Positions 18,939 to 29,779 of a stretch of 64,000 bases of DNA are shown here, piece by piece; the first letter of the stretch is position 1; each line of letters opens with the position of its first letter. The translations under genes were made by a program, and so were the position numbers. Source of the DNA: an uncultured Bacillota bacterium (GTDB lineage: Bacteria; Bacillota_I; Bacilli_A; RF39; UBA660). The notes under the pieces were generated by a model that was not told the DNA's origin, searched no databases, and saw only the letters and a list, made by a program, of their open reading frames with translations. The stretch lies in NCBI GenBank assembly GCA_958428295.1, contig CAUAFL010000007.1, positions 2,250 to 66,249 of the forward strand. The letters are read 5' to 3'.

Positions 18939-18940
18939 TA

Positions 18941-18974
18941 AAAACTCTTATCTTTTAAAGATGAGAGTTTTTTT
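18941..18974 (+). terminator. Intrinsic terminator after essC-yukD
   Basis: AAAACTCTTATC-ttttaaa-GATGAGAGTTTT (one G-U pair) running into a T-run. Confidence 0.75.
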
Positions 18975-19332
18975 CATAAAAAAAGAGATTTAAATCTCTT
19001 ATGTTAGCCAAATATAACAAAGTTATATTCTAGGATAAAAAGAACCTGATAAATTCTAGATTATCCGAGTTTTATGGGGGCAGAAAATATAGTGGCTACT
19101 ATCCATGTATTTGGATCCTTACATGTCTGCCGTCTACCATTAAAGTAACTCTCTTCTTGTTTGGCTGATAACTATCAATATACATTAACCGATAAGCATT
19201 CCCTAAGGTAGCATAGCTGTTCTGAATAAACCTAATAAGCGTTTAACAGAATTACTATTAATCTGTATACTGTAATTTCATTATAAATAAAAAGTATAAA
19301 AATGTCAATAATAGAAGAATATTTTTATGGTG

Positions 19333-19361
19333 TTGACAGCAGTGTTGACAAAAAATATAAA
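19333..19361 (+). promoter_or_regulatory. Candidate promoter for the two small helical genes, within a duplicated GTGTTGACA motif
   Basis: TTGACA, 17 nt, then TATAAA. GTGTTGACA occurs twice (19330..19338 and 19342..19350). Confidence 0.5.
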
Positions 19362-19432
19362 AAATAATAAAGAAATAGTTGAATAACCATAAGTAATATG
19401 ATAAAGTCAAGGTAAAGTAAGGAGGCTAAAAT

Positions 19433-19789
19433 ATGGCAACAACAACTGATGATCAAATTAAAATTGATTTTGATCAAATAGAAAATTATCAAAGTTTATG
19501 TAACAAGAGTCTGCAAAGTATTGGGAAATCATTTACCGCAATTGCGACCCAATATCGTTATCTAGTAAAAAATGGCGGTTTACAGGGAACTGCGGATGGT
19601 AAAGCAATTCAAGAAAGTCTAAGAAGTACTGTAAAAAAAGCTAAGATAAGAGCAAAAAAAGTGGAAGATCGCCGCAATGAACTAGACAAAGCAATTACTG
19701 CTGACACCCAGAAGGCTTATCAACAATTGATGAAAGGTCATGCAGAACTAGAAGCAAGAGTTGCTAAACTAGAGCAAGCTCAAGACTAA
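19433..19789 (+). CDS. Small all-helical protein, putative T7SS substrate/partner (WXG100-like layout but no W-x-G)
   Basis: 118 aa with an AGGAGG RBS. A helix-turn-helix hairpin layout is predicted by eye, with GGLQGTADGKA at the turn where WXG100 proteins have W-x-G. The C-terminal part is heptad-rich. Confidence 0.45.
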   Translation: MATTTDDQIKIDFDQIENYQSLCNKSLQSIGKSFTAIATQYRYLVKNGGLQGTADGKAIQESLRSTVKKAKIRAKKVEDRRNELDKAITADTQKAYQQLMKGHAELEARVAKLEQAQD

Positions 19790-19805
19790 AAGGAGGAAGG
19801 AAAAT

Positions 19806-20081
19806 ATGGCAAAGAGTATTAAAATTAATAGATCAGAAATTACGAAACGTTGTAATGCAGTCAATGCTGAAATTGAATCTATGAAAAAGCAAATTCAAAA
19901 CTATCGCAAGTATATTTCGGAAATGCAAGCTAAAGAAGTATTTGTCAATGGCCCAGCTAGTAAAAAATTCTATCAAAATTCTGAGAAAAACATGAAATCT
20001 AATGAACTAGCCATTCAACAATTTGATACCTTAAATCAGAGCTTAATGAACAGATTTGGTAAATGGCAAGTTAATAGTTAA
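19806..20081 (+). CDS. Small all-helical protein, putative T7SS substrate/partner
   Basis: 91 aa, the size of WXG100 proteins, with a GGAGG RBS. It starts 16 nt after the previous gene. The central turn is FVNGPASKKF; there is no W-x-G. Confidence 0.45.
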   Translation: MAKSIKINRSEITKRCNAVNAEIESMKKQIQNYRKYISEMQAKEVFVNGPASKKFYQNSEKNMKSNELAIQQFDTLNQSLMNRFGKWQVNS

Positions 20082-20145
20082 AAAAGTTTATCTATAAAAT
20101 TGACATTTTTTGAAAACTACTGTAAAATATAGTTTACGAAAGGAG

Positions 20146-20181
20146 ACAACTATAAAATTTAGAATTATAGTTGTTTTTTTC
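20146..20181 (+). terminator. Strong intrinsic terminator after the small helical genes
   Basis: ACAACTATAA-aatttagaa-TTATAGTTGT followed by T7. Confidence 0.8.
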
Positions 20182-20198
20182 TTTTTTGGAGTGATGAA

Positions 20199-20789
20199 AT
20201 GAGCCACTATTTTGAAAATGATCAGAAATTACAAAGTAACTTAAAAAAAACAACGGCCTATCTTCTTTCTCACCAATTTACTTTTTATACAGATAATGGT
20301 GTTTTTGCTAAGAACGGTCTAGATTATGGGAGTAAATTGTTACTAGAATCTCTACCAGCTGCTACAATTAAAGGTCATGTTCTCGATGTCGGCTGTGGTT
20401 ATGGTGCTTTAGGAATTGTGCTCAATAAAGTCTATAATGTGAAAGTGGATATGATTGATATTAATAAACGAGCTTTGCATTTAGCTAAAAAAAACCAAGC
20501 TGAAAATCATTGCCACCAACTAAAGATTTATGAGAGTAATATATATCAACAAGTAACGGATCCATTTGATATAATTATTACCAATCCACCCATTCGAGCC
20601 GGCAAAAAAATTCTCTATGAAATTTTATTGGGAGCGAAAGAGCATTTAATAAAAGGGGGACTACTTTATTTTGTTGTTAGAAAAGATCAAGGTGCTAAAT
20701 CGATCATTTCCGACTTAAAAAAAGTATACGATATAACTATTATAAATAAAAGTAAAGGTTTTTACATAATTCAAGCAGAAAATGATTGA
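20199..20789 (+). CDS. Class I SAM-dependent methyltransferase, RsmC/YbxB-like (16S rRNA m2G-type small domain)
   Basis: VLDVGCGYGALG SAM motif and IITNPPIRAG (NPPxxxG). It has the same position, just upstream of rpoB, as ybxB in B. subtilis. Confidence 0.8.
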   Translation: MSHYFENDQKLQSNLKKTTAYLLSHQFTFYTDNGVFAKNGLDYGSKLLLESLPAATIKGHVLDVGCGYGALGIVLNKVYNVKVDMIDINKRALHLAKKNQAENHCHQLKIYESNIYQQVTDPFDIIITNPPIRAGKKILYEILLGAKEHLIKGGLLYFVVRKDQGAKSIISDLKKVYDITIINKSKGFYIIQAEND

Positions 20790-20886
20790 CTTGTTGCTTG
20801 AACTATGATAATAATATAAATTGGCAGCGTGTTATTTTTTAGAATAATAAATCGTGCAACAAATATGTGTATAGGGGTGAATTTTA

Positions 20887-23800
20887 GTGGCATTTAAAAC
20901 AGTAAAATATGGCGAATATCGAAGTAGAAGAAACTTTTCCAGAATTAGAAACACTTATGAATTAAAGGATTTACTAGAAATCCAGAAAAAATCGTATGAT
21001 TGGTTTATTACCACAGGAATTAAAGAGGTCTTTGAGGATTTATTTCCCGTGGAAAATTTTTCCGGAACCTTATCTTTAGAATTTGGTGATTATCATTTTG
21101 AAGAACCACGATATTCTATTAAAGCTAGCAAAGATAGAGAAACAACTTTTGCAGCACCTTTAAAAGTGGAGGTACGATTATTTAACCGAGAAACTGGAGA
21201 AGTAAAAGAACAGGAAATTTTTATGGGTGATATGCCGATTATGACAGATAGTGGAACCTTCATTATCAATGGTGCAGAACGGGTCATTGTCTCACAATTA
21301 GTACGCTCTCCAAGTGTATATTTTAATCATGAAATTGATAAAAATGGTCGTGAATTGATTACTTCACAAATTATTCCTACTCGTGGGACTTGGCTAGAAT
21401 TTGAAACAGACGCAAGAGATGTTTTATATGTTAGAATTGATCGAACCAGAAAAGTAACCCTAACCACTTTACTACGCGCGTTTGGTTTATCGAGTGATGA
21501 TGAAATTTTAGCATTATTTGGCGAAGATGATTATTTGAAAAATACAATTCAAAAAGATTCTACCAAAAATACAGATGAAGCTTTAATTGAAATTTATGAA
21601 AAATTACGTCCTGGAGAACCGGCAACATTAGATTCCTCAAAGAATCAAATTATTACTCGTTTCTTTGATGAGTTCAGATATGATTTAGCAAAAGTAGGCC
21701 GCTATAAGTTTAACCGTAAATTAAATGTAGTAGATCGTCTTTTAAATCAAACATTAGCAGAAGATATAAAAGTGAATAACGAAGTTCTTTATGAAAAAGG
21801 AACTGTCGTTACGAAAGAAATTACAGAGAACTTACGGGAAGTTTTAGCGACCGGTTTTGGTGTCAAAGAGGTTACTGTCAATGAAGAATTAGATACATAC
21901 AATAAAATTCAACAAATTAAGATTATTGATCCAAATGATAAAAAGAATAAGCTTAATGTGATTGGAAATGATCAGACAATCGAAGTAAAACGCTTAACTA
22001 TTTCAGATGTCTATGCAGCAGTATCCTATTATTTAAATTTATTACATGGCGTGGGAAATTTTGATGAAATCGACCATTTAGGAAATCGACGGATTCGTCA
22101 AGTTGGGGAATTGTTACAAAATCAGTTTAGAATCGGTGTATCTCGAATGGAACGAGTAATTCGGGAACGAATGACTACACAGGAAATGGAAGAAGTAACC
22201 CCTAAGACATTAATCAATATTCGTCCTGTGACAGCTGCTATGAAAGAATTCTTTGGTAGTAGTCAATTGTCACAATTTATGGATCAAACCAATCCAATTG
22301 CTGAATTAACGAACAAACGAAGATTATCAGCATTAGGTCCTGGAGGTCTTTCAAGAGATCGAGCTGGTGTAGAAGTTCGAGATGTAAATGCTTCTCACTA
22401 TGGTCGTATTTGTCCAATTGAATCGCCAGAAGGACCCAACATTGGTCTTATCACCTCTCTTGCAAGTTATGCTAAAATTGATGAATATGGTTTTATCATG
22501 ACTCCTTATCGCAAAGTAGAGAACAGCAAAATTACTGATCAGATCGATTATTTAACAGCTGATGAAGAACAAGATTATATTATTAGTCAATCCACAGTAA
22601 CAACAAGTGATGAAAATATTATTATGGATCATCGAGTAGCGGCACGTTTCCGAGGCGAGAATATTTTAGCCAAACCAGAACAAGTTGATTACATAGATGT
22701 CTCTCCTCAACAGGTAGTTTCAATTACTACTAGTTGTATTCCTTTCTTAGAACACGATGATGCAACACGTGCTTTAATGGGAGCTAACATGCAGCGGCAA
22801 GCGATGCCCCTTATTAAAACGGAGGCACCACTTGTAGGAACTGGAGTAGAGCATATTGCTGCTAAGGATTCTGGTGTTTGTATTGTTGCTAAAGCAGATG
22901 GTATTGTCAGTTATGTAGATGCTAAGAAAATTGTCATTAAAAATAAAAATGGAGAAGATACCTATTATCTATCTAATTTTGAATTAGCTAACTCTGGTAT
23001 TTGTAATCACCAACGTCCTATTGTTAAAGTGGGAGATAAAGTGATTGCTAATAAAACAATTATTGCTGATGGTAACAGTTGTGATAAAGGAGAACTAGCA
23101 CTTGGTAAAAATATGGTAGTAGCGTTTATGACATTCAACGGCTATAACTATGAAGATGCTGTTATTTTAAATGAAAATTTAGTAAAAGATGATAAATACA
23201 CCTCACTCCACTTAGAAGACTACGAACTTCAATGTCGTGAAACTAAATTAGGACCAGAAGAAATCACGCGCGATATTCCTAATGTCAGTGAAGAAGCCCG
23301 TAAAAATCTCGATGAAAACGGAATTATTACAATTGGTACAGAAGTTAAAGAAGGTGATATTCTAGTTGGAAAAGTAACACCAAAAGGAATGGCGGAATTA
23401 ACTTCAGAAGAAAAACTATTACATGCTATCTTCGGTGAAAAAACAAGAGAAGTACGTGATACTTCCCTTCGAGTACCGCACGGTGGTGATGGAATTGTCC
23501 ACGATATAAAAATTTACTCTCGTAAAGATAACGATGAATTACCAGCTGGTGTTTCTAAGGTCATTCGGGTCTATATTATTCAAAAGAGAAAAATTCAAGT
23601 TGGGGATAAGATGTCTGGACGTCACGGAAATAAAGGTGTTATTTCTCTCATCTTACCACAAGAAGATATGCCATACTTGCCAGATGGTACACCAGTAGAT
23701 ATTATGTTAAATCCACAAGGTGTTCCTTCTCGAATGAATTTAGGTCAAATCTTGGAAATTCATACAGGGATGGCTGCTAAAAAATTGGGTGTCCACGTAG

Positions 23801-24489
23801 CAACTCCTGTCTTTGATGGCGCTCATATCGCCGATATTGAAGAGATGATGGAAGAAGCCGGAATGAATAAAGATGGTAAAACCGTTCTTTATGATGGAAG
23901 AACAGGAGAACCATTTGATAATCGCATTTCTGTCGGTGTCATGTATATGATTAAACTACATCATATGGTTGATGATAAATTACATGCTCGTAGTACAGGA
24001 CCTTACTCTTTAGTAACCCAACAACCACTAGGTGGTAAAGCACAATTTGGTGGTCAACGTTTTGGGGAAATGGAAGTATGGGCACTATATGCCTATGGAG
24101 CAGCGTATACCCTTCAAGAAATGATGACCGTTAAATCAGACGACGTCATTGGACGAGTGAAGGTTTATGAATCTATTGTTAAGGGTCAAGAAATCAATCA
24201 AGCAGGAGTTCCAGAATCCTTTAGAGTACTAATGAAAGAATTCCAAGCACTGGGATTAGATATTTCTATTATTAATGATCAAGGAGAGGCTCTACAATTA
24301 AAAGAAATTGAAGAATCTGAAGAGGAAGTTGAGAATGCCTTCAGTGATGATATCAATATTACTCCTCTTAATGATACTAAAGAAAAAGATGAACCATTAG
24401 CAGACTTAGAACAAGTTGAAGATGAATTAGATGAGGACGAGGTTGAATTTGAATTCGTTGAAGAAGAAATGGAAGGAGATGATGAATAA
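20887..24489 (+). CDS. rpoB: DNA-directed RNA polymerase subunit beta
   Basis: GTG start with a GGGGTGA RBS. Conserved beta-subunit blocks throughout ([39 protein letters not shown]). About 60 aa of acidic C-terminal tail. Confidence 0.98.
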   Translation: MAFKTVKYGEYRSRRNFSRIRNTYELKDLLEIQKKSYDWFITTGIKEVFEDLFPVENFSGTLSLEFGDYHFEEPRYSIKASKDRETTFAAPLKVEVRLFNRETGEVKEQEIFMGDMPIMTDSGTFIINGAERVIVSQLVRSPSVYFNHEIDKNGRELITSQIIPTRGTWLEFETDARDVLYVRIDRTRKVTLTTLLRAFGLSSDDEILALFGEDDYLKNTIQKDSTKNTDEALIEIYEKLRPGEPATLDSSKNQIITRFFDEFRYDLAKVGRYKFNRKLNVVDRLLNQTLAEDIKVNNEVLYEKGTVVTKEITENLREVLATGFGVKEVTVNEELDTYNKIQQIKIIDPNDKKNKLNVIGNDQTIEVKRLTISDVYAAVSYYLNLLHGVGNFDEIDHLGNRRIRQVGELLQNQFRIGVSRMERVIRERMTTQEMEEVTPKTLINIRPVTAAMKEFFGSSQLSQFMDQTNPIAELTNKRRLSALGPGGLSRDRAGVEVRDVNASHYGRICPIESPEGPNIGLITSLASYAKIDEYGFIMTPYRKVENSKITDQIDYLTADEEQDYIISQSTVTTSDENIIMDHRVAARFRGENILAKPEQVDYIDVSPQQVVSITTSCIPFLEHDDATRALMGANMQRQAMPLIKTEAPLVGTGVEHIAAKDSGVCIVAKADGIVSYVDAKKIVIKNKNGEDTYYLSNFELANSGICNHQRPIVKVGDKVIANKTIIADGNSCDKGELALGKNMVVAFMTFNGYNYEDAVILNENLVKDDKYTSLHLEDYELQCRETKLGPEEITRDIPNVSEEARKNLDENGIITIGTEVKEGDILVGKVTPKGMAELTSEEKLLHAIFGEKTREVRDTSLRVPHGGDGIVHDIKIYSRKDNDELPAGVSKVIRVYIIQKRKIQVGDKMSGRHGNKGVISLILPQEDMPYLPDGTPVDIMLNPQGVPSRMNLGQILEIHTGMAAKKLGVHVATPVFDGAHIADIEEMMEEAGMNKDGKTVLYDGRTGEPFDNRISVGVMYMIKLHHMVDDKLHARSTGPYSLVTQQPLGGKAQFGGQRFGEMEVWALYAYGAAYTLQEMMTVKSDDVIGRVKVYESIVKGQEINQAGVPESFRVLMKEFQALGLDISIINDQGEALQLKEIEESEEEVENAFSDDINITPLNDTKEKDEPLADLEQVEDELDEDEVEFEFVEEEMEGDDE

Positions 24490-27400
24490 TGATGGAAGTA
24501 AACAAATTCGATGCCATAAGAATTGGCATTGCATCTCCTGAAAAAATTCGTGAATGGTCACATGGTGAAGTTAAGAAACCAGAAACTATCAATTATCGGA
24601 CTCTTCGTCCAGAACGTGATGGACTATTCTGTGAAAAGATTTTTGGACCTACTAAAGATTTTGAATGTGCTTGTGGAAAATATAAACGGGTGCGTTATAA
24701 AAATATTGTCTGTGACCGTTGTGGAGTAGAGGTAACTAAGGCAAAGGTGCGACGGGAACGCATGGGTCATATTGAACTAGCCAGTCCAGTATCTCATATT
24801 TGGTTCTTTAAAGGTGTTCCCAGTCGGATGGGCCTTGTTCTTGATATGAGTCCAAGAGATTTAGAGGAAGTATTATACTTTGTTAGTTATGTAGTAATTG
24901 ATAAAGGCAATGCGCCTTTAGAAAATAAACAAACACTATCAGAAAAAGAATACCGGGCTTACTATGAAAAATATGGCAATGGTTTTAAAGTAGGAATGGG
25001 TGCGGAAGCGATTCGTGAATTATTAAAAAAGGTTGATATTAAACAAGATATTGATCAAATAAATAAAGAATTAGAAACGGCCCTTGGACAAAAACGGACT
25101 AGATTACTAAAACGCTTAGATGTATTAGATGCTTTTTATCAATCAGGACAACGTCCAGAATGGATGATTTTAGATTGTATTCCGGTAATTCCTCCTGAAC
25201 TTCGGCCAATGATCCAATTAGATGGTGGTCGCTTTGCTACCAGTGATTTAAATGATTTATACCGTCGAGTAATTAACCGTAATAATCGTTTAAAAAAATT
25301 AATCGATTTAGGGGCTCCTGGGATTATTATTCAAAATGAAAAAAGAATGCTTCAAGAAGCAGTCGATGCCCTATTTGATAATGGTCGCCGAGGTAGAAGT
25401 GTTACAGGTGCTGGAAATCGTCCTTTGAAATCACTTTCTAGCATGTTAAAAGGTAAACAAGGCCGTTTTCGGCAAAACTTACTAGGAAAACGAGTAGACT
25501 ATTCTGGTCGTTCGGTCATTGTAGTAGGGCCAAGTTTAAAAATGTATCAATGCGGTATCCCAAAAGAAATGGCACTTGAACTTTTTAAACCGCATGTTAT
25601 TAATGGTCTAGTAGATCGTGATATTGCTCATAATATCAAGGCAGCGAAACGCTTAATTGAAAATCAAGATCCAGTTGTTTGGGATGTGGTGGAAGATGTG
25701 ATTAAAGAACATCCTATTCTATTAAACCGTGCTCCAACGCTTCATCGCTTAGGAATTCAAGCTTTCGAACCAATTCTAGTAGGTGGCAAAGCGATTCGTC
25801 TACATCCATTAGTATGTCCTGCCTTTAATGCCGACTTTGATGGAGATCAAATGGCTGTTCATGTTCCCTTGTCCGAAGAAGCGCAAGCAGAAGCTAGATT
25901 ATTAATGTTGGGATCAAATAATATCCTTCATCCAAAATCAGGGGATCCCATTGTTACACCATCACAGGATATGGTATTAGGGAATTATTATATTACCATG
26001 GAAAAAGCCTTTGAAGAAGGAGAAGGACGGGTCTTTAGAAATTGTAATGAAGCCTTAATGGCCTATGAAAGACGTGAAGTTACGCTACATACCAGAATTG
26101 CCATTCCTGTTGATTCTTTTAAGTATAAGCTATTTACGGAAACACAACGGGGTAAATATTTAGTAACCACCGTAGGAAAGATTAAGTTTAATGAGATTTT
26201 ACCAGATTCTTTCCCTTATATTAATGAACCAACCGATGATAATATTCAAAAAATTACCCCTAATAAATACTTTCTTAAAAAGGGTAGTAACATTAAAGAG
26301 GAAATTACTAAAATGCCGCTTGTCAAACCCTTTGCTAAAGGGACACTTGAAAAAGTCATCGCTCAGGTATTTAAACGTTATAAAACAACAGAAACATCCG
26401 CCATGCTTGATAAAATGAAGGATTTAGGATTCTACTACTCAACCATTGCAGGAATTACTGTTGCAATGAGTGATGTATCTACTAGTGAACATAAACAAGA
26501 ATTTGTGGAAGAAGGACAAAGTCTTGTTAATAAAATTAATAAACAATACGCACGTGGATTAATTACAGAAGAAGAACGTCACCAAAAGGTAATAGAAATT
26601 TGGCATAGTGTTAAAGATAAGGTACAAGATGAACTTGAAGAAATCTCTAAAGAACAAGTAGATAACCCGATCTTTATCATGATGCACTCTAAGGCTCGTG
26701 GTAGTTTATCACAGTTTACTCAGGTCGCTGGTATGCGTGGTTTAATGCAAAAACCTAATGGTGATCCGATTGAAATTCCTGTTCTTTCGAACTTTAAAGA
26801 AGGCCTATCTGTATCAGAATTCTTCTTATCTACCCACTCTGCTCGAAAAGGTAGTGCCGATACCGCTTTAAAAACAGCCGATTCTGGCTACTTAACGAGA
26901 CGATTAGTAGATGTATCCCAAGATATAATCATTCGAGAAGAAGATTGTGGTACGGAACAAGGGGTAGTAGCAAGAGCCTTTATCAACGATAAAAGTGGTT
27001 CCGTAATTGAGAGTCTTTATGACAGAATTGTGGGTCGCTTTGCTAGTAAAAAGGTGATTGATCCACAAACCAAAAAAGTATTAGTAGAACGAAATGATTT
27101 AATTACCGAATCACTTGCTGAAAAAATTATTGCTGCTGGTGTGGAAGAAGTAGAAATTCGTACAATTTTAACTTGTAACACAGAAAAAGGTGTTTGCCAA
27201 CGGTGTTATGGTCGCAATCTTGCTACGGGTAATTTAGTAGAAATTGGAGAGGCTGTCGGTGTTATGGCCGCTCAATCAATTGGAGAACCAGGAACCCAAC
27301 TAACCATGCGTACGTTCCATACAGGAGGTGTCGCTGGTGGGGAAGACATTACACAAGGTCTTCCCAGAGTTCAAGAATTATTCGAAGCTCGTAATCCAAA

Positions 27401-28121
27401 AGGAAAAGCTACGATTGCTGAAATTGATGGAAAAGTTTCTAAAATTAGTGAAGACCATGGCAAATATAAAATTAGCATAACCAATAAAGTAGAAACAAAA
27501 GAACATGTTTCTAACTATGGTGCTAAACTTTGTGTTGAAAAAGGTGATGAAATTCACTGTGGAGATCGCCTCACTAATGGTGCTATTAGTCCAAAAGAAC
27601 TATTAGATGTTACAGATCCAATTACAACGCAGGAATATATCTTGAAAGAAGTACAAAATACCTACCGTTCTCAAGGGGTAGAAATTTCTGATAAACATAT
27701 TGAAGTTATTGCCCGACGGATGATTTCTAAAATTCGCATTGTCGAAGGTGGAGATACTAAATTTTTACCGGGTAGCCTTGTCAATTTTAGAGAATTTACG
27801 GAAGGTAATAAAGATATTATCTTAAAAGGAAAACGTCCAGCGACGGGTCGTCCAGTTTTACTAGGAATTACCAAAGCCTCGCTAGAAACAGACTCTTTCT
27901 TATCAGCCGCTTCTTTCCAGGAAACAACTAGAATTTTGACAGATGCTGCAATTCGTGGAAAAGTTGATCATTTAGAGGGCTTAAAAGAAAACGTCTTGCT
28001 TGGAAAACTAATCCCAGCAGGAACAGGATTAAAACAATATCGAGATATATCTTACGAACTAGAAAGTGAATTTCTTGATGAAGAACCGTTAGATAAATTA
28101 GAAGATGAGTTTATGGAATAG
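24489..28121 (+). CDS. rpoC: DNA-directed RNA polymerase subunit beta'
   Basis: Zn-binding CxC...CxxC near the N-terminus and the [12 protein letters not shown] catalytic motif. There is a 1-nt overlap with the rpoB stop. Confidence 0.98.
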   Translation: MMEVNKFDAIRIGIASPEKIREWSHGEVKKPETINYRTLRPERDGLFCEKIFGPTKDFECACGKYKRVRYKNIVCDRCGVEVTKAKVRRERMGHIELASPVSHIWFFKGVPSRMGLVLDMSPRDLEEVLYFVSYVVIDKGNAPLENKQTLSEKEYRAYYEKYGNGFKVGMGAEAIRELLKKVDIKQDIDQINKELETALGQKRTRLLKRLDVLDAFYQSGQRPEWMILDCIPVIPPELRPMIQLDGGRFATSDLNDLYRRVINRNNRLKKLIDLGAPGIIIQNEKRMLQEAVDALFDNGRRGRSVTGAGNRPLKSLSSMLKGKQGRFRQNLLGKRVDYSGRSVIVVGPSLKMYQCGIPKEMALELFKPHVINGLVDRDIAHNIKAAKRLIENQDPVVWDVVEDVIKEHPILLNRAPTLHRLGIQAFEPILVGGKAIRLHPLVCPAFNADFDGDQMAVHVPLSEEAQAEARLLMLGSNNILHPKSGDPIVTPSQDMVLGNYYITMEKAFEEGEGRVFRNCNEALMAYERREVTLHTRIAIPVDSFKYKLFTETQRGKYLVTTVGKIKFNEILPDSFPYINEPTDDNIQKITPNKYFLKKGSNIKEEITKMPLVKPFAKGTLEKVIAQVFKRYKTTETSAMLDKMKDLGFYYSTIAGITVAMSDVSTSEHKQEFVEEGQSLVNKINKQYARGLITEEERHQKVIEIWHSVKDKVQDELEEISKEQVDNPIFIMMHSKARGSLSQFTQVAGMRGLMQKPNGDPIEIPVLSNFKEGLSVSEFFLSTHSARKGSADTALKTADSGYLTRRLVDVSQDIIIREEDCGTEQGVVARAFINDKSGSVIESLYDRIVGRFASKKVIDPQTKKVLVERNDLITESLAEKIIAAGVEEVEIRTILTCNTEKGVCQRCYGRNLATGNLVEIGEAVGVMAAQSIGEPGTQLTMRTFHTGGVAGGEDITQGLPRVQELFEARNPKGKATIAEIDGKVSKISEDHGKYKISITNKVETKEHVSNYGAKLCVEKGDEIHCGDRLTNGAISPKELLDVTDPITTQEYILKEVQNTYRSQGVEISDKHIEVIARRMISKIRIVEGGDTKFLPGSLVNFREFTEGNKDIILKGKRPATGRPVLLGITKASLETDSFLSAASFQETTRILTDAAIRGKVDHLEGLKENVLLGKLIPAGTGLKQYRDISYELESEFLDEEPLDKLEDEFME

Positions 28122-28140
28122 GGTTACCTATTCTTTTTTT
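28116..28140 (+). terminator. Intrinsic terminator after rpoC
   Basis: GAATAGG-gtta-CCTATTC followed by T7. The hairpin overlaps the stop codon. Confidence 0.8.
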
Positions 28141-28187
28141 GATGAAAAACTGCTATACTAATATTAGAAAATATAAGGATGATAGAA

Positions 28188-28925
28188 ATGAAAAAAAATA
28201 CCAAAAGACTAAGACAAAATGTGATAAAAGGTAGTATTGCTTGTTTTACCATTCTTTTATTAGTTACTATCAACACCTTCACTCAAAAAAATATGATACC
28301 ACCCAGCAGGGAAGTTTCTGTTTTTTCCTATGATATCAATAGTATTCCTCCCTATACCGGAGCTTCCTATGTACCACTAAATAATAATCAGCCGCACTTC
28401 AAAGAAAAGCAAAGAACCACCACTTCTTTTGAATATTATAGTGATTTAGATAATTTAAGTAGATGTGGAGTAGCGTTCGCTAACATTGGGGAAGAGACAA
28501 TGCCTACTACGAAACGTGAAAGTATTGGCCAAATAAAACCATCAGGCTGGCAACTTTCAAAATATGATATTGTGAGTGGCAAATTCCTGTATAATCGCTG
28601 TCATTTAATCGGCTACCAATTAACTGGTGAAAATGCTAATCCCAAAAATTTGATTACATGTACAAGATATATGAATACCGTAGGAATGTTAGAATTTGAA
28701 AACAAAGTAGCAGCTTACATTAAAAAGACAAAAAATCATGTTCTCTATCGTGTTACCCCTATTTTTGAAGGTGAAAATTTACTCGCTAGCGGGGTGCAAA
28801 TAGAAGCTCAATCCGTAGAAGATGAAGGAAAAGGAATGAGCTTTAATGTTTTTGTCTATAATGTACAAGAGGGAATTGATATTGATTATAAAACAGGACA
28901 AAGCAAGCTTCATACTGCTCCTTAG
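28188..28925 (+). CDS. Membrane-anchored/secreted DNA/RNA non-specific endonuclease (NucA/DNA-entry-nuclease-like, Endonuclease_NS_2 type)
   Basis: N-terminal TM/signal anchor, then RCHLIGYQLTGENANPKNLITCTRYMN, which matches the H-N-N-type motif of firmicute DNA-entry nucleases. Start taken at MKKNTKR, with an AAGGA RBS. Confidence 0.75.
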   Translation: MKKNTKRLRQNVIKGSIACFTILLLVTINTFTQKNMIPPSREVSVFSYDINSIPPYTGASYVPLNNNQPHFKEKQRTTTSFEYYSDLDNLSRCGVAFANIGEETMPTTKRESIGQIKPSGWQLSKYDIVSGKFLYNRCHLIGYQLTGENANPKNLITCTRYMNTVGMLEFENKVAAYIKKTKNHVLYRVTPIFEGENLLASGVQIEAQSVEDEGKGMSFNVFVYNVQEGIDIDYKTGQSKLHTAP

Positions 28926-28993
28926 TTTCATTATTTTTAGTGACATTTACAAAAAATATAAATTTGGTTATACTAAAATTAGGAAGTGAAATA

Positions 28994-29761
28994 ATGAAAA
29001 AATTATTGCTTATCATAATTAATACCTTACTATTAATAATGATCCTATTACTGGTACTTTATCGGGAACAAAAGGTAGCTGTTTTAACTTATCATTCCTT
29101 TGCTACTTCCCAACAATTAAATAGTTTAGAACAAAAAGATAATTTAGTTATGAATATTGAACATTTTGAGGAACAACTAGCTTATTTAAAAAAACACCAT
29201 TATAAAACCCTAACCTTAGAAGAATTTTATTGTTTTAAAAAAAACACCTGTCAAATTCCTCGTAAAAGTGTCTTAATTACCATGGATGATGGGTATCAAT
29301 CAAATTATGAATTAGCCTTTCCTTTATTAAAAAAATATCAAATGCAAGCAGTTGTTTTCTATATTGGTCAAAATGAAACAGGATCTTTTTCCAACTATAT
29401 GGACAAAGAAACACTACGGAAGGCCCAACAAGAATATCCTAATATCACCTTTGCCTCACATTCCTATTATTTACATGAACGTGGGATGATAGATAAGGGC
29501 GAGAAGTTCTTAACACAAGACTTTGAGAAAATGAATGATTTACTCTCTAGTCCCTATTTTGCTTACCCTTTCGGGGAACATAATGATGCGATTCAAAAAG
29601 TATTAAAACAACAACATTATAAATTAGCCTTTACTTTTGGTCCTAAAAAAGAGCATCGCAAAGCCCGTCGCCAAGATCAGGACTATGAAATCCCCCGCTT
29701 AAACATCTCGAATGATATGCCCTTATGGAAATTTATTATGCGTCTTTCGCTCCCGTATTAA
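28994..29761 (+). CDS. Polysaccharide deacetylase (NodB-homology) family protein, membrane-anchored
   Basis: N-terminal TM helix and the ITMDDGYQSNYELAFPLLKKY NodB motif 1, plus downstream His motifs. Confidence 0.8.
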   Translation: MKKLLLIIINTLLLIMILLLVLYREQKVAVLTYHSFATSQQLNSLEQKDNLVMNIEHFEEQLAYLKKHHYKTLTLEEFYCFKKNTCQIPRKSVLITMDDGYQSNYELAFPLLKKYQMQAVVFYIGQNETGSFSNYMDKETLRKAQQEYPNITFASHSYYLHERGMIDKGEKFLTQDFEKMNDLLSSPYFAYPFGEHNDAIQKVLKQQHYKLAFTFGPKKEHRKARRQDQDYEIPRLNISNDMPLWKFIMRLSLPY

Positions 29762-29779
29762 AAAAGAATAGAGGATCTT

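Noticed and set aside
12573-20198. Treating the rplL-to-ybxB insertion as a mobile or integrative element.
   Set aside because: I could find no integrase, transposase or recombinase, no tRNA, and no flanking direct or inverted repeats. It is accessory by synteny only.
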